64,000 nucleotides of DNA, taken from Corallochytrium limacisporum Hawaii (lineage: Eukaryota; Protista; Pluriformea). The notes beneath the pieces were generated by a model. That model did no database searches and was not told the origin of the DNA. It saw nothing but the letters and a program-made list of their open reading frames with translations. The position numbers and the translations under genes were made by a program. The number at the start of each line of letters is the position of its first letter. Position 1 is the stretch's first letter. The stretch spans positions 183,962 to 247,961 of the forward strand of contig PDIP01000122.1 of the NCBI GenBank assembly GCA_002811645.1, in the 5' to 3' direction. This document shows, one piece after another, positions 28,845 to 39,700 of the stretch.

Positions 28845-31712
28845 TCACTCACTCTTGACATGCTCCTCGGCAGCCACCGATTCGTGACCGTTCAGGTACC
28901 GGATGTGAATCCGTACAGAGCATTGTGTGCTGCTTATGTTGATTTTCGATGGATCCAAGAGGATGCCTGAGCGATACGTCCGACCGACAAATCGATCAGC
29001 CACGTAGACATCGCATGATGACACGAAACGTTCTGCGTCAATCAAAACCTCGTCCTTTCCCTCGTCCCAAAATCGCCAGGTGATCGCAAGCAGACGCTTG
29101 CCGAGCCTTAGCCGAAGGTCCCTGACTGATATGCGTGCGATCAGTTCGGCTGTCGGTCCGAGGTATGCCATACTCACTCGGCCTAGCCAGGCGATTGGCA
29201 AAGGAAGATGGGTAGCCGAGTCCTCATTGTAGCCAGGGTCGGCAGCAACCATACCAATGCGAGCGCACCCGAAGCGGATCTCTTCCAACCGCAAGTTTGC
29301 ATTCGCAGGTCCACGACCACCACACTGCAGCTCTGGAGTAAGTTTGAAACTAAACACTTCATATCCACTAGTCGGTTCAGTTTCACCCATGTTGACCCAC
29401 CTGTGGCGACTCTCTCCGCTGTTGGTGACTTCAGGGTAGACAGTATCGATATGCGCCGTCGTGGTGGCGCTCTTGGGAACCCCGGTGGAATCGTCACCAT
29501 TTTTGTGGTGCTCGCAGCGCAGCATAACATAAGGCGGGCGCCTATCCTTGATACAGAGAACCAAAAACGGAACTAGTTGGTCCTCAGGCTGTGTCTTTAC
29601 TGCAACTCGGAGAAGAAGGTCAAAGCGCGAGTCAAGCACGATGCGTGTGCTCAGTAGAGGACACACAATCTGACCATCCTCACCAAGGACCATGTCCAAA
29701 AGTTCCTTGCGCTTCACCAGGGCATTCCGGGCTTTGGCGTCTGGTTGGGCCTTCAGCACCAGAGCTAATCCAACACCGCCATCAAAGGCATGAGTCGGGT
29801 CATGGCACAATTCCACATCCATCTTGAGCTGGTCAAGAGACTGTGAACCAATAGCAATCACGTAACCCTTTCTCCAGTCTGGTTGTAAGGCTACGTCATT
29901 CATGTCAAAGTACACGTCGCTCAGGATCAAACTTCCATTGACATGATACGCTAATCCATAGCCTGCACAAAAGTTGGTGTCCCACATGCTCGACTCACCA
30001 GTCATTAACAGAGTACGCTGTGGTCTATAGGGCGCCGTTGCAGCCCATATACGCTCTTCCTTACTGTGGAATGTCGGTAGACTTGAGGTGAAATGTTTAG
30101 CATTCTGTAGACGCTTTCGTGGGGTCTGCTCATAGGTCCAACCGGGCGCAAAGAGAGCGATCGGCATCCTCAGAGGCGCCACACGCTGCATGCGTTGTAC
30201 CGTGCCCTGGATGCCACCAGACCCACTCTGCCGGCCCCAGACGTCGACGCCCACCAAGCATAAGACACCATCATCGTGGCATCGCTGTTGTGAGACAAGC
30301 AGATCCTGGTTGCTCCAAGCGTAGTTAATGAATAGGCACGATGACTCACGCGCCATAGGCTGATTCGCCCCGCATGCGCGGTTGGCGTAGCGAACTAAAC
30401 CATTGATACCAATGCTGTCATACCAAATAACTGAGGGAATCGGAACCTCAGCCTTGTCCTTCGTACTGGTGATGGCGTCGAGACCAGCCTTCTTCATACC
30501 TTCTCTGAGCAGTCGTACAAAGTGGGGAATGTATACAGCTTCTGCCGGCGTCACCGCGCATTCAAAATTTAAGAGCCAGCCCTCAAACTCACGGTCTTTC
30601 GCCATGCAGACAAGACCATCAATAAAGGCAATGGGACTATAACGCCGGTCGCCGCCGGTAAACTTGCCCTGTTCCGCAATCCCCTGTAAAGATGTCTCCC
30701 CCAAGTGTTCTGCAACATCCTTTAGTACGGACAAAAACCATCGACGGTCCTTATCGAATTCAAACATCACAGTACCATAGCATCGCGTTCCATTTGCGTG
30801 GCATGCTCTGATCCAACTCAGCGGTGGGGGACATACAATGTGGTGGCTAAAGTACATGAAGATACCCACACTTTCCCAGTGCCACAATACGTAGTCATTG
30901 CTGCATCCAGTAGAGATGCCTTCTCTGCGATCTCGTCGGTAGTTATTGGCCAAATCGTGGCAAATGGCATGCCCGCACAGATAGTCCACGAACGGGCTCC
31001 CTTTCTTCGTCGGCGCCATTGGACGAGTTGCACCCACACGGGGTCTCACGAGGCGCTTCCCTAAGACTTCGTCGAGAGCGATTTCGAAGGTGTTATGTGT
31101 CATTGAATCCTGGGGCTTTAGGATAGCTTCCGAGTCCAAGGGACGACACGAGTATGCTGCATCCGCCAGCGGACAATACTTTTTTCCAGACTGGTTCAGG
31201 CCGAGTACCATATTGGCCGCAATTTCACTACATGTGACACCATCACAGCTGCAGCTGCGACTGTCATCATCGCCAGACAGTATTTTCAAATAGTTCTTTT
31301 GAATAGTTGACCAAGCATCTAAGCTATCCCGCCTCAGAGTCAATGGAGTCGGCAAGGCACTATCAGGTTCACTGTCCTTAAAAGTCTCCTGCGATGCTGA
31401 TTCCTGGCCACCAAAGGGAGCAGTGTTCCTTGCATTTATTGCTTTGTTGACACGCTTCTTGTAATCTGCGCTAGGCCCCCTGTAACGCTCTTTATCCTGC
31501 TGTCGTTTCAACCGTTTTTCAATAGATCTGCGCACTGAATAACTGTAAAGCAGTCTTAAGGTCACCAGGGTAACAATACCAAGAAGAATCGGACCACCGT
31601 GCAACTCCCACAGCTGCTTTGCAGTATACAGATAGGGTTTAATCACATCTAAATACGGGTCATACCATTCTCTGACTTCGGTTGAGACCGAGTGATGCTC
31701 CCAACGACTCAT
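28845..31712 (-). CDS. ENGASE: Endo-beta-N-acetylglucosaminidase, glycoside hydrolase family 85, with N-terminal TM helix
   Basis: CHDLANNY, IFMYFSHH..PP..WI..CH.NG..GT..FE, FEGWLLNFE (catalytic N-x-E), VIWYDS, F.NYAW, VGVDVWGR, IALFAPGWTYE, TNFC.GYG. Confidence 0.92.
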   Translation of the reverse strand: MSRWEHHSVSTEVREWYDPYLDVIKPYLYTAKQLWELHGGPILLGIVTLVTLRLLYSYSVRRSIEKRLKRQQDKERYRGPSADYKKRVNKAINARNTAPFGGQESASQETFKDSEPDSALPTPLTLRRDSLDAWSTIQKNYLKILSGDDDSRSCSCDGVTCSEIAANMVLGLNQSGKKYCPLADAAYSCRPLDSEAILKPQDSMTHNTFEIALDEVLGKRLVRPRVGATRPMAPTKKGSPFVDYLCGHAICHDLANNYRRDRREGISTGCSNDYVLWHWESVGIFMYFSHHIVCPPPLSWIRACHANGTRCYGTVMFEFDKDRRWFLSVLKDVAEHLGETSLQGIAEQGKFTGGDRRYSPIAFIDGLVCMAKDREFEGWLLNFECAVTPAEAVYIPHFVRLLREGMKKAGLDAITSTKDKAEVPIPSVIWYDSIGINGLVRYANRACGANQPMARESSCLFINYAWSNQDLLVSQQRCHDDGVLCLVGVDVWGRQSGSGGIQGTVQRMQRVAPLRMPIALFAPGWTYEQTPRKRLQNAKHFTSSLPTFHSKEERIWAATAPYRPQRTLLMTGESSMWDTNFCAGYGLAYHVNGSLILSDVYFDMNDVALQPDWRKGYVIAIGSQSLDQLKMDVELCHDPTHAFDGGVGLALVLKAQPDAKARNALVKRKELLDMVLGEDGQIVCPLLSTRIVLDSRFDLLLRVAVKTQPEDQLVPFLVLCIKDRRPPYVMLRCEHHKNGDDSTGVPKSATTTAHIDTVYPEVTNSGESRHRWVNMGETEPTSGYEVFSFKLTPELQCGGRGPANANLRLEEIRFGCARIGMVAADPGYNEDSATHLPLPIAWLGRVSMAYLGPTAELIARISVRDLRLRLGKRLLAITWRFWDEGKDEVLIDAERFVSSCDVYVADRFVGRTYRSGILLDPSKINISSTQCSVRIHIRYLNGHESVAAEEHVKSE

Positions 31713-32336
31713 TTTTCCAGTTCGCTGTAAAGATCTACATCTGGCGTTTGTCTTTTCTTCGGAATAGTAACCGCTTGCAAAACATCCTCATCCATTACAC
31801 ACACCACATACACCCAGAACACTTACGAAACATGCGTGTCACAAAGACCTTTTAGTGCTGTGCGATACTCAAAATAAAATGTCAAGATATCCTACTTGGG
31901 TTTCCAAGCGTTGCGCTGCATTGCCCGCCAGGAGACTATACTCGGGTCTCCACCATGACCTACCAACAACAGTCACCTGGGTGAGAAAAATGGACCCCGG
32001 ACCCCATGATTGCGCGAGTAAATAGACTCCCATTTCAGGTTACGAAATTCCAAGATTTTGTAGCTTCGCCTGTGTGAGGGGGGTGAGCCCGTGTGAGTTG
32101 CTATTCGTGAAGGACCCATTCCCGGTTAGTTGCATTAACACCGAGTTGTCTGGGTTTTCCCGATTTCCTCGGACTGGCTTTTTCTGTTTTTGTGGAACCG
32201 ACGATCTGGCTCCACCACTGCCTGAATACTGATATTCCAGCGGCGGGGGATTGAGCCAGGTGGGAAAGTACCCCGTTCGGACCCCCCTCGCGATGGGTGG
32301 GGGCCAAGCTGGAGTGGACAAAGTTGCGCGGAACGG

Positions 32337-32358
32337 CCCCCCCCCCCGGGGGGGGGGG
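32337..32358. promoter_or_regulatory. Perfect C11G11 dyad in the divergent ENGase/TMEM164 intergenic region (candidate promoter element)
   Basis: The C11G11 palindrome is directly visible. Its regulatory role is inferred from similar elements upstream of other genes. Confidence 0.45.
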
Positions 32359-32661
32359 AGTTGGCAAGGCGGGGGAGGAGGGGAGATCTGTCTGGCCAGG
32401 ACATATGCAGTGCCGTTCAGAGTTCGCCGAGTTTGTCACTGCGCTCGTGGCACACGACGGGCCTTTAGCATGTGAAATGATAGTGTTGCGTATTACCGCG
32501 AACTTCGGCAAATGCGGGCCGGCATGGTCGACTTGGAAGGTATTGAACGGTTCACTGATATATGGTGCAATCTGGCTCGATTTCACTAGAATGTGCGGGT
32601 TGGGCTCTTTTCTTAGGTAAACAACAATACGAACCAAGCGGGGAGGAATGAGCAGAGCACC

Positions 32662-33642
32662 ATGACGGAATTTTGGCCGGGACAGGATAAGTACTACATC
32701 CCGTGGTATATCCAAATTATTGATCTGCTGATTGTTAATTTAATTCTAGTACCGGGTGCATTGTACACGCTGACGAAGATCAATGCTAAGGAACCGTTTC
32801 CGAAGAAGCCACTCCGGCCCCTGTACGCAATTGAAAAGTTTGCGACAGGTCTGCTGTGTGTTGGATTTGCTGCGCAGTCCGTGTACAAGTTCCTTAAGAG
32901 TCCAGTTTTTATGGTTAATATGCTGTACCCATGCCATTTGATCAGCACCCTTTTCTTGTACTGCGTTTACATTCGAGATTCTAACTACCCTTTGGCTTGC
33001 AAGCTCTTCAATGTGGTGGCACGAATGGGATTCTACACATTCGTAGCAATGGTTGTACCGGATACAAACGATATTGAGTTCCTTTTGCAGCTAGAGGTGT
33101 TCTGGATCCACCATATTACCCTGCTGATTCTGCCTATGACTCTTGTGTGGTTCCGGGCCTTTGACTATCGCGTTGAGTGGGACTACCTGCACTTAGCCAT
33201 GTATGCTATGACCATCTGGTGCTACAATGTGCAGCTTCCTGTCGGCTGGCTCACCGACATGAATGTGAACTACATGATGTACCCGCCGCCGAAACCTGGA
33301 TTCGTCCAGGGCACTCCATACTACCGTTACATAATCATCCCGGGCCTTGTACTCATGACCTTCCTCACGGACCGTCTGATTGCCTTTTCGCTTGGCATGG
33401 AAAAGGCTGCTTTCCATAACGTCGGCAAGCCCGCACCGCAGGAACAGGAGCCTGGCAAGCTCGATCTGCATATCCACGACCAAAATGGCAAGTTATCCGG
33501 CGGATCATCCACAACATCACCGGCAAGGAAGGTTTCGCCGAAGACGCCGACCATCAACGGACGGACAGTCAACGCAACGGACACTGCCAGCCCCGGTATC
33601 ATAACACGGACGCGGTCCCACTCGCGTGCCAAGCGGGATTGA
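32662..33642 (+). CDS. TMEM164: TMEM164-family membrane protein
   Basis: 326 aa, about 6-7 TM. YKF..MLYPCHL (conserved PCH), PDT..E.FWIHH.LL.P, NVNYMM.PP..G..YR. Confidence 0.8.
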   Translation: MTEFWPGQDKYYIPWYIQIIDLLIVNLILVPGALYTLTKINAKEPFPKKPLRPLYAIEKFATGLLCVGFAAQSVYKFLKSPVFMVNMLYPCHLISTLFLYCVYIRDSNYPLACKLFNVVARMGFYTFVAMVVPDTNDIEFLLQLEVFWIHHITLLILPMTLVWFRAFDYRVEWDYLHLAMYAMTIWCYNVQLPVGWLTDMNVNYMMYPPPKPGFVQGTPYYRYIIIPGLVLMTFLTDRLIAFSLGMEKAAFHNVGKPAPQEQEPGKLDLHIHDQNGKLSGGSSTTSPARKVSPKTPTINGRTVNATDTASPGIITRTRSHSRAKRD

Positions 33643-33786
33643 AAATCTTTCCCTAGATCACCCAATGTAGTATGTAAAACACTTAAGTTTCTCATTTTAA
33701 GTCTTTTTTCGTTTCAAATTGCTTCTTGTCAAGCTCATAAGATAAGATGCTTGATATTGGTATCTTCTTGTGAAGAGAACTGGGTT

Positions 33787-36700
33787 TTACAACCACGGGT
33801 ACCAGGTCGGGTGCATACAAGCCAGATGCTGTTCCGCCTTTGCCTTGGCCACAAGGTCATCGATGTTCTTGGTGAGAGCCAGCATCTTGTCCGTGTTGCT
33901 TTCGCTTTGGTCAATGGTGACTGCGAGGACAGTCAAACGTTTCATGATTGTCTCTACATTGGTGTCGAGTAGCTTCGGGATCTTAGCCGACTCGTAGTCA
34001 CGCTTTGTTTGCATAATGTGCGGCTGCTGCAGCCAACTGAGGAGATCGTCATGCATGATCACACGCAGTATTGGACCGAAATGTCGCCGTGGATTGTTCA
34101 GAGCATTCGCCACTGACATCATAGCAATATTGCCCGGTCCTTCCAAGCCGTGCTTGCCGAGCATGGTCTCCAGATTGGGTGTTAGACGGAATGGTACAGC
34201 GTCCATACTGTCAAGGACACCGTTGCGGCCAATGTCCTGGTATACTTCGCTAAAGTACACGTCGCTGGTGCGCATGCTGAAGTTGACCGTATGCAGGTTG
34301 CGATGACCAATCTGCAGAACGTACGCCATCAAGCTGGCAGTCATGAAGTTCTTGACGAACGACTGTCGCCATTGGAAGAAGTCCTGTGCAGAGGGATGAA
34401 CCTGCATGACATGATGCAGCATCAGGGTGTCCGGGACATGATCTTTTCTGATCTGCCGGTACAACTCGACGCGCTTGTGCAGGTGCACTTGCTGTGTTTG
34501 GGCCGATTTCACTGCTTTGGGCACGGTTGCTGCAGATCCACCACTGGCAGCGGCACCGCTCGCGGTCGCGGTACCACCGGCAGTTGATGCAGCCTCCGAA
34601 TTATCCTTAGCTTCATTGCCTTGGCACAGCTCCTCGTAGCAACGCATGACGTCGTCGTTGACCTCCTTCCCAACGTTTGCGCAGCGCCGGATCCACACGC
34701 CCTCGAGAGAAGTCATCGAAGGGTCACTGGCAATCAGTCGAGTGTGAGGTGATAGCGTAATCATAGCAGGTGTCGCCAAATGCAGGTCTCGTTTGCGTGT
34801 TTCGGTGGTCCGACCTAGGATTTCGTTGACAAAGGTAAACAGTTGACCAAAGCGCTCCTCACCGCGACCGTGACGGCTTGATGTGCCGTGCTGCACAAGG
34901 TACGCATACGTTCGACCATCACTGCCGCGAATGAGCAGACGCCGATAGGCCGTGGCGTGCTTCTGCACGACGTCCACACGGGGCAGGAACCGTACAATGT
35001 ATACGCTCTCTGACATCTTGTTGCGATTCAGCATGTACTCACCAGGAATTAGCAATTCACTGTGCTGATACTCCGCAAGGAATCGACTAATGTCCCGCAA
35101 ATGCAGCCGGTGGGCCGCAAAGTTGACTTGCTCCTGAATCATCTGTCGCCAGCGGCGCAGCTTGAGCAAAATATCATTGAATTTCAGGTTCTTGTGCGCG
35201 TCCTCCTCGATGAAGTCCTCCTCAAACATCTTCTTGAAGCGCTCCAGGGTTTCGAGCTGCTCCTTTGGTAGGTTGATAGGGAGATTAGTGAGGAAGGTCT
35301 TGTGCAATTTGGTCAAATGAGCCAAAATTTGGCCAGGAACGTGCGATTCGGCGTCCATACTCATGCCCTTGACCGCCTGGCTGAAACTCCGTTGCAGACA
35401 CTCGGTGAGCAGCACCTGTAGATTACGCAAAAGGTCTTCGAGAATGGTGTTCTTGCATTTCATAATGACTGCCTCGATCAAGGTCTCCGTCAGACTTGCA
35501 ATCATGGGATGTACCTTCCGCAAGTCACCCATAATCTCGTTCACCACAGCCACGGCTGTCGGTCGGGGGGTGATGCCATTTGTCTTCTGGGCATTCTTCA
35601 TTTCAAGATACGTGGTGCGAGCGGTAAAGTAGAGGGCCTGTGGATAGTGTCGCGCCACTGACTTCAGAATGTTCTTCATGTACGGTCCCGCGGGTCCGTT
35701 GATGGCGCTCATAAGCTGGACAACCCAAGGTAACCACATGGAAACCGGAAGGTGACCGGCACCAGCCATGAAGGCCTCGCCAACAACGTGGGCCTCGTTC
35801 TGTTGCGGCTTCAGCAAATGACCCGGGGGGCCACTGCTTCCTGATTTTGTCTCGCCACCCTCTGCACCAGGTGTACCCGCCGGTGTTCCAGTCTTTGAAG
35901 CGGAACCACCTGACTTTGCCTCAGCCTGCTGCAACTTGGCTACGGCGGCCATCGCCCCCTGTCCAACTGCCTTGTTACATAGATCGAGAGAGCGCGCAAT
36001 CAGATCCTGCGCACCCTTTGCCTCATCACGGAAGCGAGCAGCGGTTAGGTAGCACATCATTGTGTTTACCGCGAGGGCTATGGTGCCCTTGTTCTGGTAC
36101 ATCAATTCGCAGAACTCGCCCCAACTAGTCCAGGTCTTCGCGGATTCGGCATACATTTGAACACTTACACTGTAGGCCTCCTGGGCTTTGTCGTACTTCT
36201 TCTGGCGGCTCAGGAAGTAGCCTTTGAGCGCGAAGAATTCCGCTCGCTGCAGGGGGGGGAAGTAGTCCAAGTTTGTCGAGTTGATGATGCTGAGTGCTGT
36301 GTTCAGTTCCTGTGTAGTATTGGAATAACACAGAGCATGCTCTCGTAGCTTGAAGAAGGCATCGTTGATTTCTATGTTGGGCAGCTTGTAGATGTTGTGC
36401 AGTCCTTCCAAACAAGCATCAATGAGACCATGCTTCCTTGCAATGTGGGCACTACGGTTGATGGTCCATGCCAATTCATGATAGCCTAGGAATGCGTGGT
36501 TGCCTTCCTGCTGACTTTGCAACGGTTCGAACGCCTCATTGATGAAGTCAAACACGTAGCGACGCCACTTGAAGAGCTCATCCCAGACTTTGAGATCGTC
36601 CCATTTGTTGGGCAAGCGTTCACGCCAGGTTGCCAGAGTGCTCTGTAGTTCGGCCATGGGAGCACGTCCACCGGCCACAATCTGACCAACATGTTGGAGG

Positions 36701-39700
36701 ATGGTGTGACTCTCACTGATCTCCACATAGCGCTGGTAAGTATGAAGCATTGTCTTGTGCCTGGGGGTGATAAATCCAGGAAGCTGGTGCCAGCTCAGTA
36801 GCGCATTCTCGATGGAGTCATCCACCAGCTTTGGGATATGTTCCAGGTTGCTTCGCAGAACGGCTGCGTTTGGAGCCTTCATCTTCGAGTAAATGCGTTG
36901 GATTTGCAAGTCCAGGTTCTGCGGAAAATAGAGCTGATGCTCCAACACCTGCAAGTTCTTGCGCAGTACGTCCCAGTTGCCCAAGCGCCATGCCGCGTCA
37001 CATTGCAGAATTGGCTTGTGATCCTGTTTAGCGTAGTCATTAAGCTCGGACCATGCAATAGCCTGCTTCATGCACTCCGCCCAATGCGCTTCCCACAGAC
37101 CCATCTCCACACGGGAAATCGTATTGGCATTACGGATTCGTAACAGTAATTTCTCGTAGCTGGCCAAGGCCTGGTTCCATAAACCGTGGCTTTCCAGCGC
37201 CAAGGCCACCCGGGTTTCCTTGCTCTGTGTTCGACGGCGCCAGAGGCCGAAAACTACATCTTGGTATCCCAGATTATTCAGAATAGTTGTTAGCTCGGCA
37301 AAATCATCTTCTGTGCGCTGAGCAGTCTGCTTTTGCTTTTGCAGGACCATCGTCATGTTCGCCTTGTCGCCTGTGGTCGTTTCGCGGACGTACCGGTCTT
37401 CCAGTATAAGGATCGACTCAGCCCATGCATTCTGTTGCTGGCCGACGAAGCGAATCAGCTCCGCCGGCATATCCAGTCCCGGACCGCAACGTCGGATGGC
37501 GGCCAACAGAACCTGAGGCACACTTGGCCGCATCAAGCGATGCCTACTCATATGTGTCTGTGCCAGACAAATACAGAGGTCGTCAACAAATATCTGGGCA
37601 TAGTCCACAACCGTGTCATCATCCTCTTCCATCTTGGTTGTGGGACTGCCAGTCTTCTTCGGCACTACAGCTGTCTCGCAGTCACTGTCCGCTTCCTGCT
37701 TAACTTTTCCGTCATCCTTGTCGTCAACGGTTTCCGGTTGGGGCCCAGACAAATAGTGCCAGATGGCGGGCAACAGTTCCAACCACATGTTCGCGGCCAC
37801 GCCGTGGGAGATGTACCCCATTGCACTAAGAGCTGTGGGTAGATCCTGGCATAGGGCCTTGCTCCCTTCTTCTGTAGCAGCCTGATAAAGACTGGCAGGG
37901 ATTTTAACACTCTTACGCTCCGTCTCAGGAGCAGATTCCGAGGCTGTATCGGATGCCAGCTTGCCCACATCTGGTACGTGTGTGTGGGTTGAGTACACCG
38001 GGAACGACAAAGGTGACACAGGAGGTACTGCACCGGCCTGGATTGGAGGTACCTGACCAGCTGTGTGCTCAGATCTTAGCAGCTCTTCCTCTTCATCCAG
38101 ATTCTCACGCGCGTTTTCCATGATTTGCTTCATAAAGGTAGCATAGGCTGTCTTCCTCTCAAAGTTAAACTTGGCCTTGAAGAAGAACACTGGCAATGCA
38201 AGCGAAAGCCAGAAGGTAGCGCCAGCAGCATCCCAATTTTGCTCATTGAAGACATAATGCACAATTGAGAACACCTTGTCCTCGACCATCTGCTTGTACA
38301 ACAGATTGAATTGCTCACGTATGTTCAGGACTGGACTATCTAAGCCGTTGACAAAGCTAGTAGTAAGAGCGGCAATTATCGGTCCACTGAGCAAACTCTT
38401 GGTTTTCAGAATGTGCAGGCTGATCTTGCTCATGAGTTTGTGCATATCAATGATGACATCCTCACGCGGAGTTTGGGCATTCGGAGGCAGAGTTTTCGCC
38501 TTATCTGATGCTTTCTGCGCAGCTTTTTGCTGTTTCAATGCCAAAGCCTTCTTGATCAGCTGATTCACATTGCCATTGAATGCTTCTAGCATGCGAGCCA
38601 CCAGAAGGGCGCTGACAGGCCGGGGAGCCGGACCCGCCAACCAACGATCAAGAAGCCGACCGATGGCTTGCAAGCATCCGGCGTGGCGTTTGGTTTCCAA
38701 AATAGTGTTCAGGGTCTGCGCGAATACACTCCAGTTGGTGTCACTCTCCAACATGTATGGAGCGACGATGTCGATAACTGCCTCCGCGTTGCGCAGAGCC
38801 AGAGCCTTGCCCTCTGGACTAAGTCGGCTCTCTTCCTTGGAATCTTTCATGCACTGCTGCAAGACATTGTGCATAACCTGCAAACGACCTCTAACGAGGG
38901 CGGGATTATTGATCTGAATCCTCTTCAAAAGCACAGTCACACAGGCAATGAGACGGGCTCCGTTGTCTGCTTTCTGGGCCTGTGCAGCATCCGCAGGAGC
39001 GTTCTCCTGGCTTAACATACCAGCCGAGTACTTTTCAAGGCACTGTCCAATGAATGTCTTGAAGGATCCATGGAAGGCATCCGACGTAGGATCAGGTGTC
39101 GACGAATGGGCCTCGAACTTGTGAACTACGTCAATCAGGTCACCCAAAGCCTTCATAACTGCCTCACTCTGCATCTTCAGACACTTGGGCACATGAATGG
39201 CAATGGCTCTCCAGATCGTCCAGCCTCTCCGCTTCGGTACCACACTCAAGATGGCAATTAGCACCTTGAGGGCACTGACAAGCGTCCGCTGATTCACCTG
39301 CGAGGAGCCGAACATGTACTGGAACAAAGAGATTCGCACAGATGCTTCTGGCCATCGGTCGGGTGCCAACAGGCGACTGATCACAGATGTGCACTCGTCA
39401 ACGTTCGCAGAATCGGTAGTCTGGCAGGCAATGCGGATCAAGGAGTTGATAATCATCTCCACCATCGCTTTCGTAATGCGGCGGCCGGGCTTACCATTCT
39501 GGCCGTGAGTATTGTTCTTGTCGTCGACTTCTTCGGCATCCTCGTCCGCATCCATTGCATCCACGCTGTCGTCCGTCTCAGTTTTGGCCTTCTTCGGACT
39601 TGGTTTCTCTTGTTCAGCTGGGCGCTTGTCACCAACTCGGGTACCATCTTTATCATCTTCCGCAGTGGCCCGATCGTCCCAGCTAAGAAGCACCTTGCCT

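Noticed and set aside
855-33642. Apparent clustering of ER/membrane-trafficking genes
   Set aside because: Mixed orientations, unrelated pathways and a large functional class; there is no evidence beyond chance.
34100-35000. Missing catalytic DRH/DFG motifs in the TRRAP PI3K-like domain
   Set aside because: Expected: TRRAP/Tra1 is an established pseudokinase.
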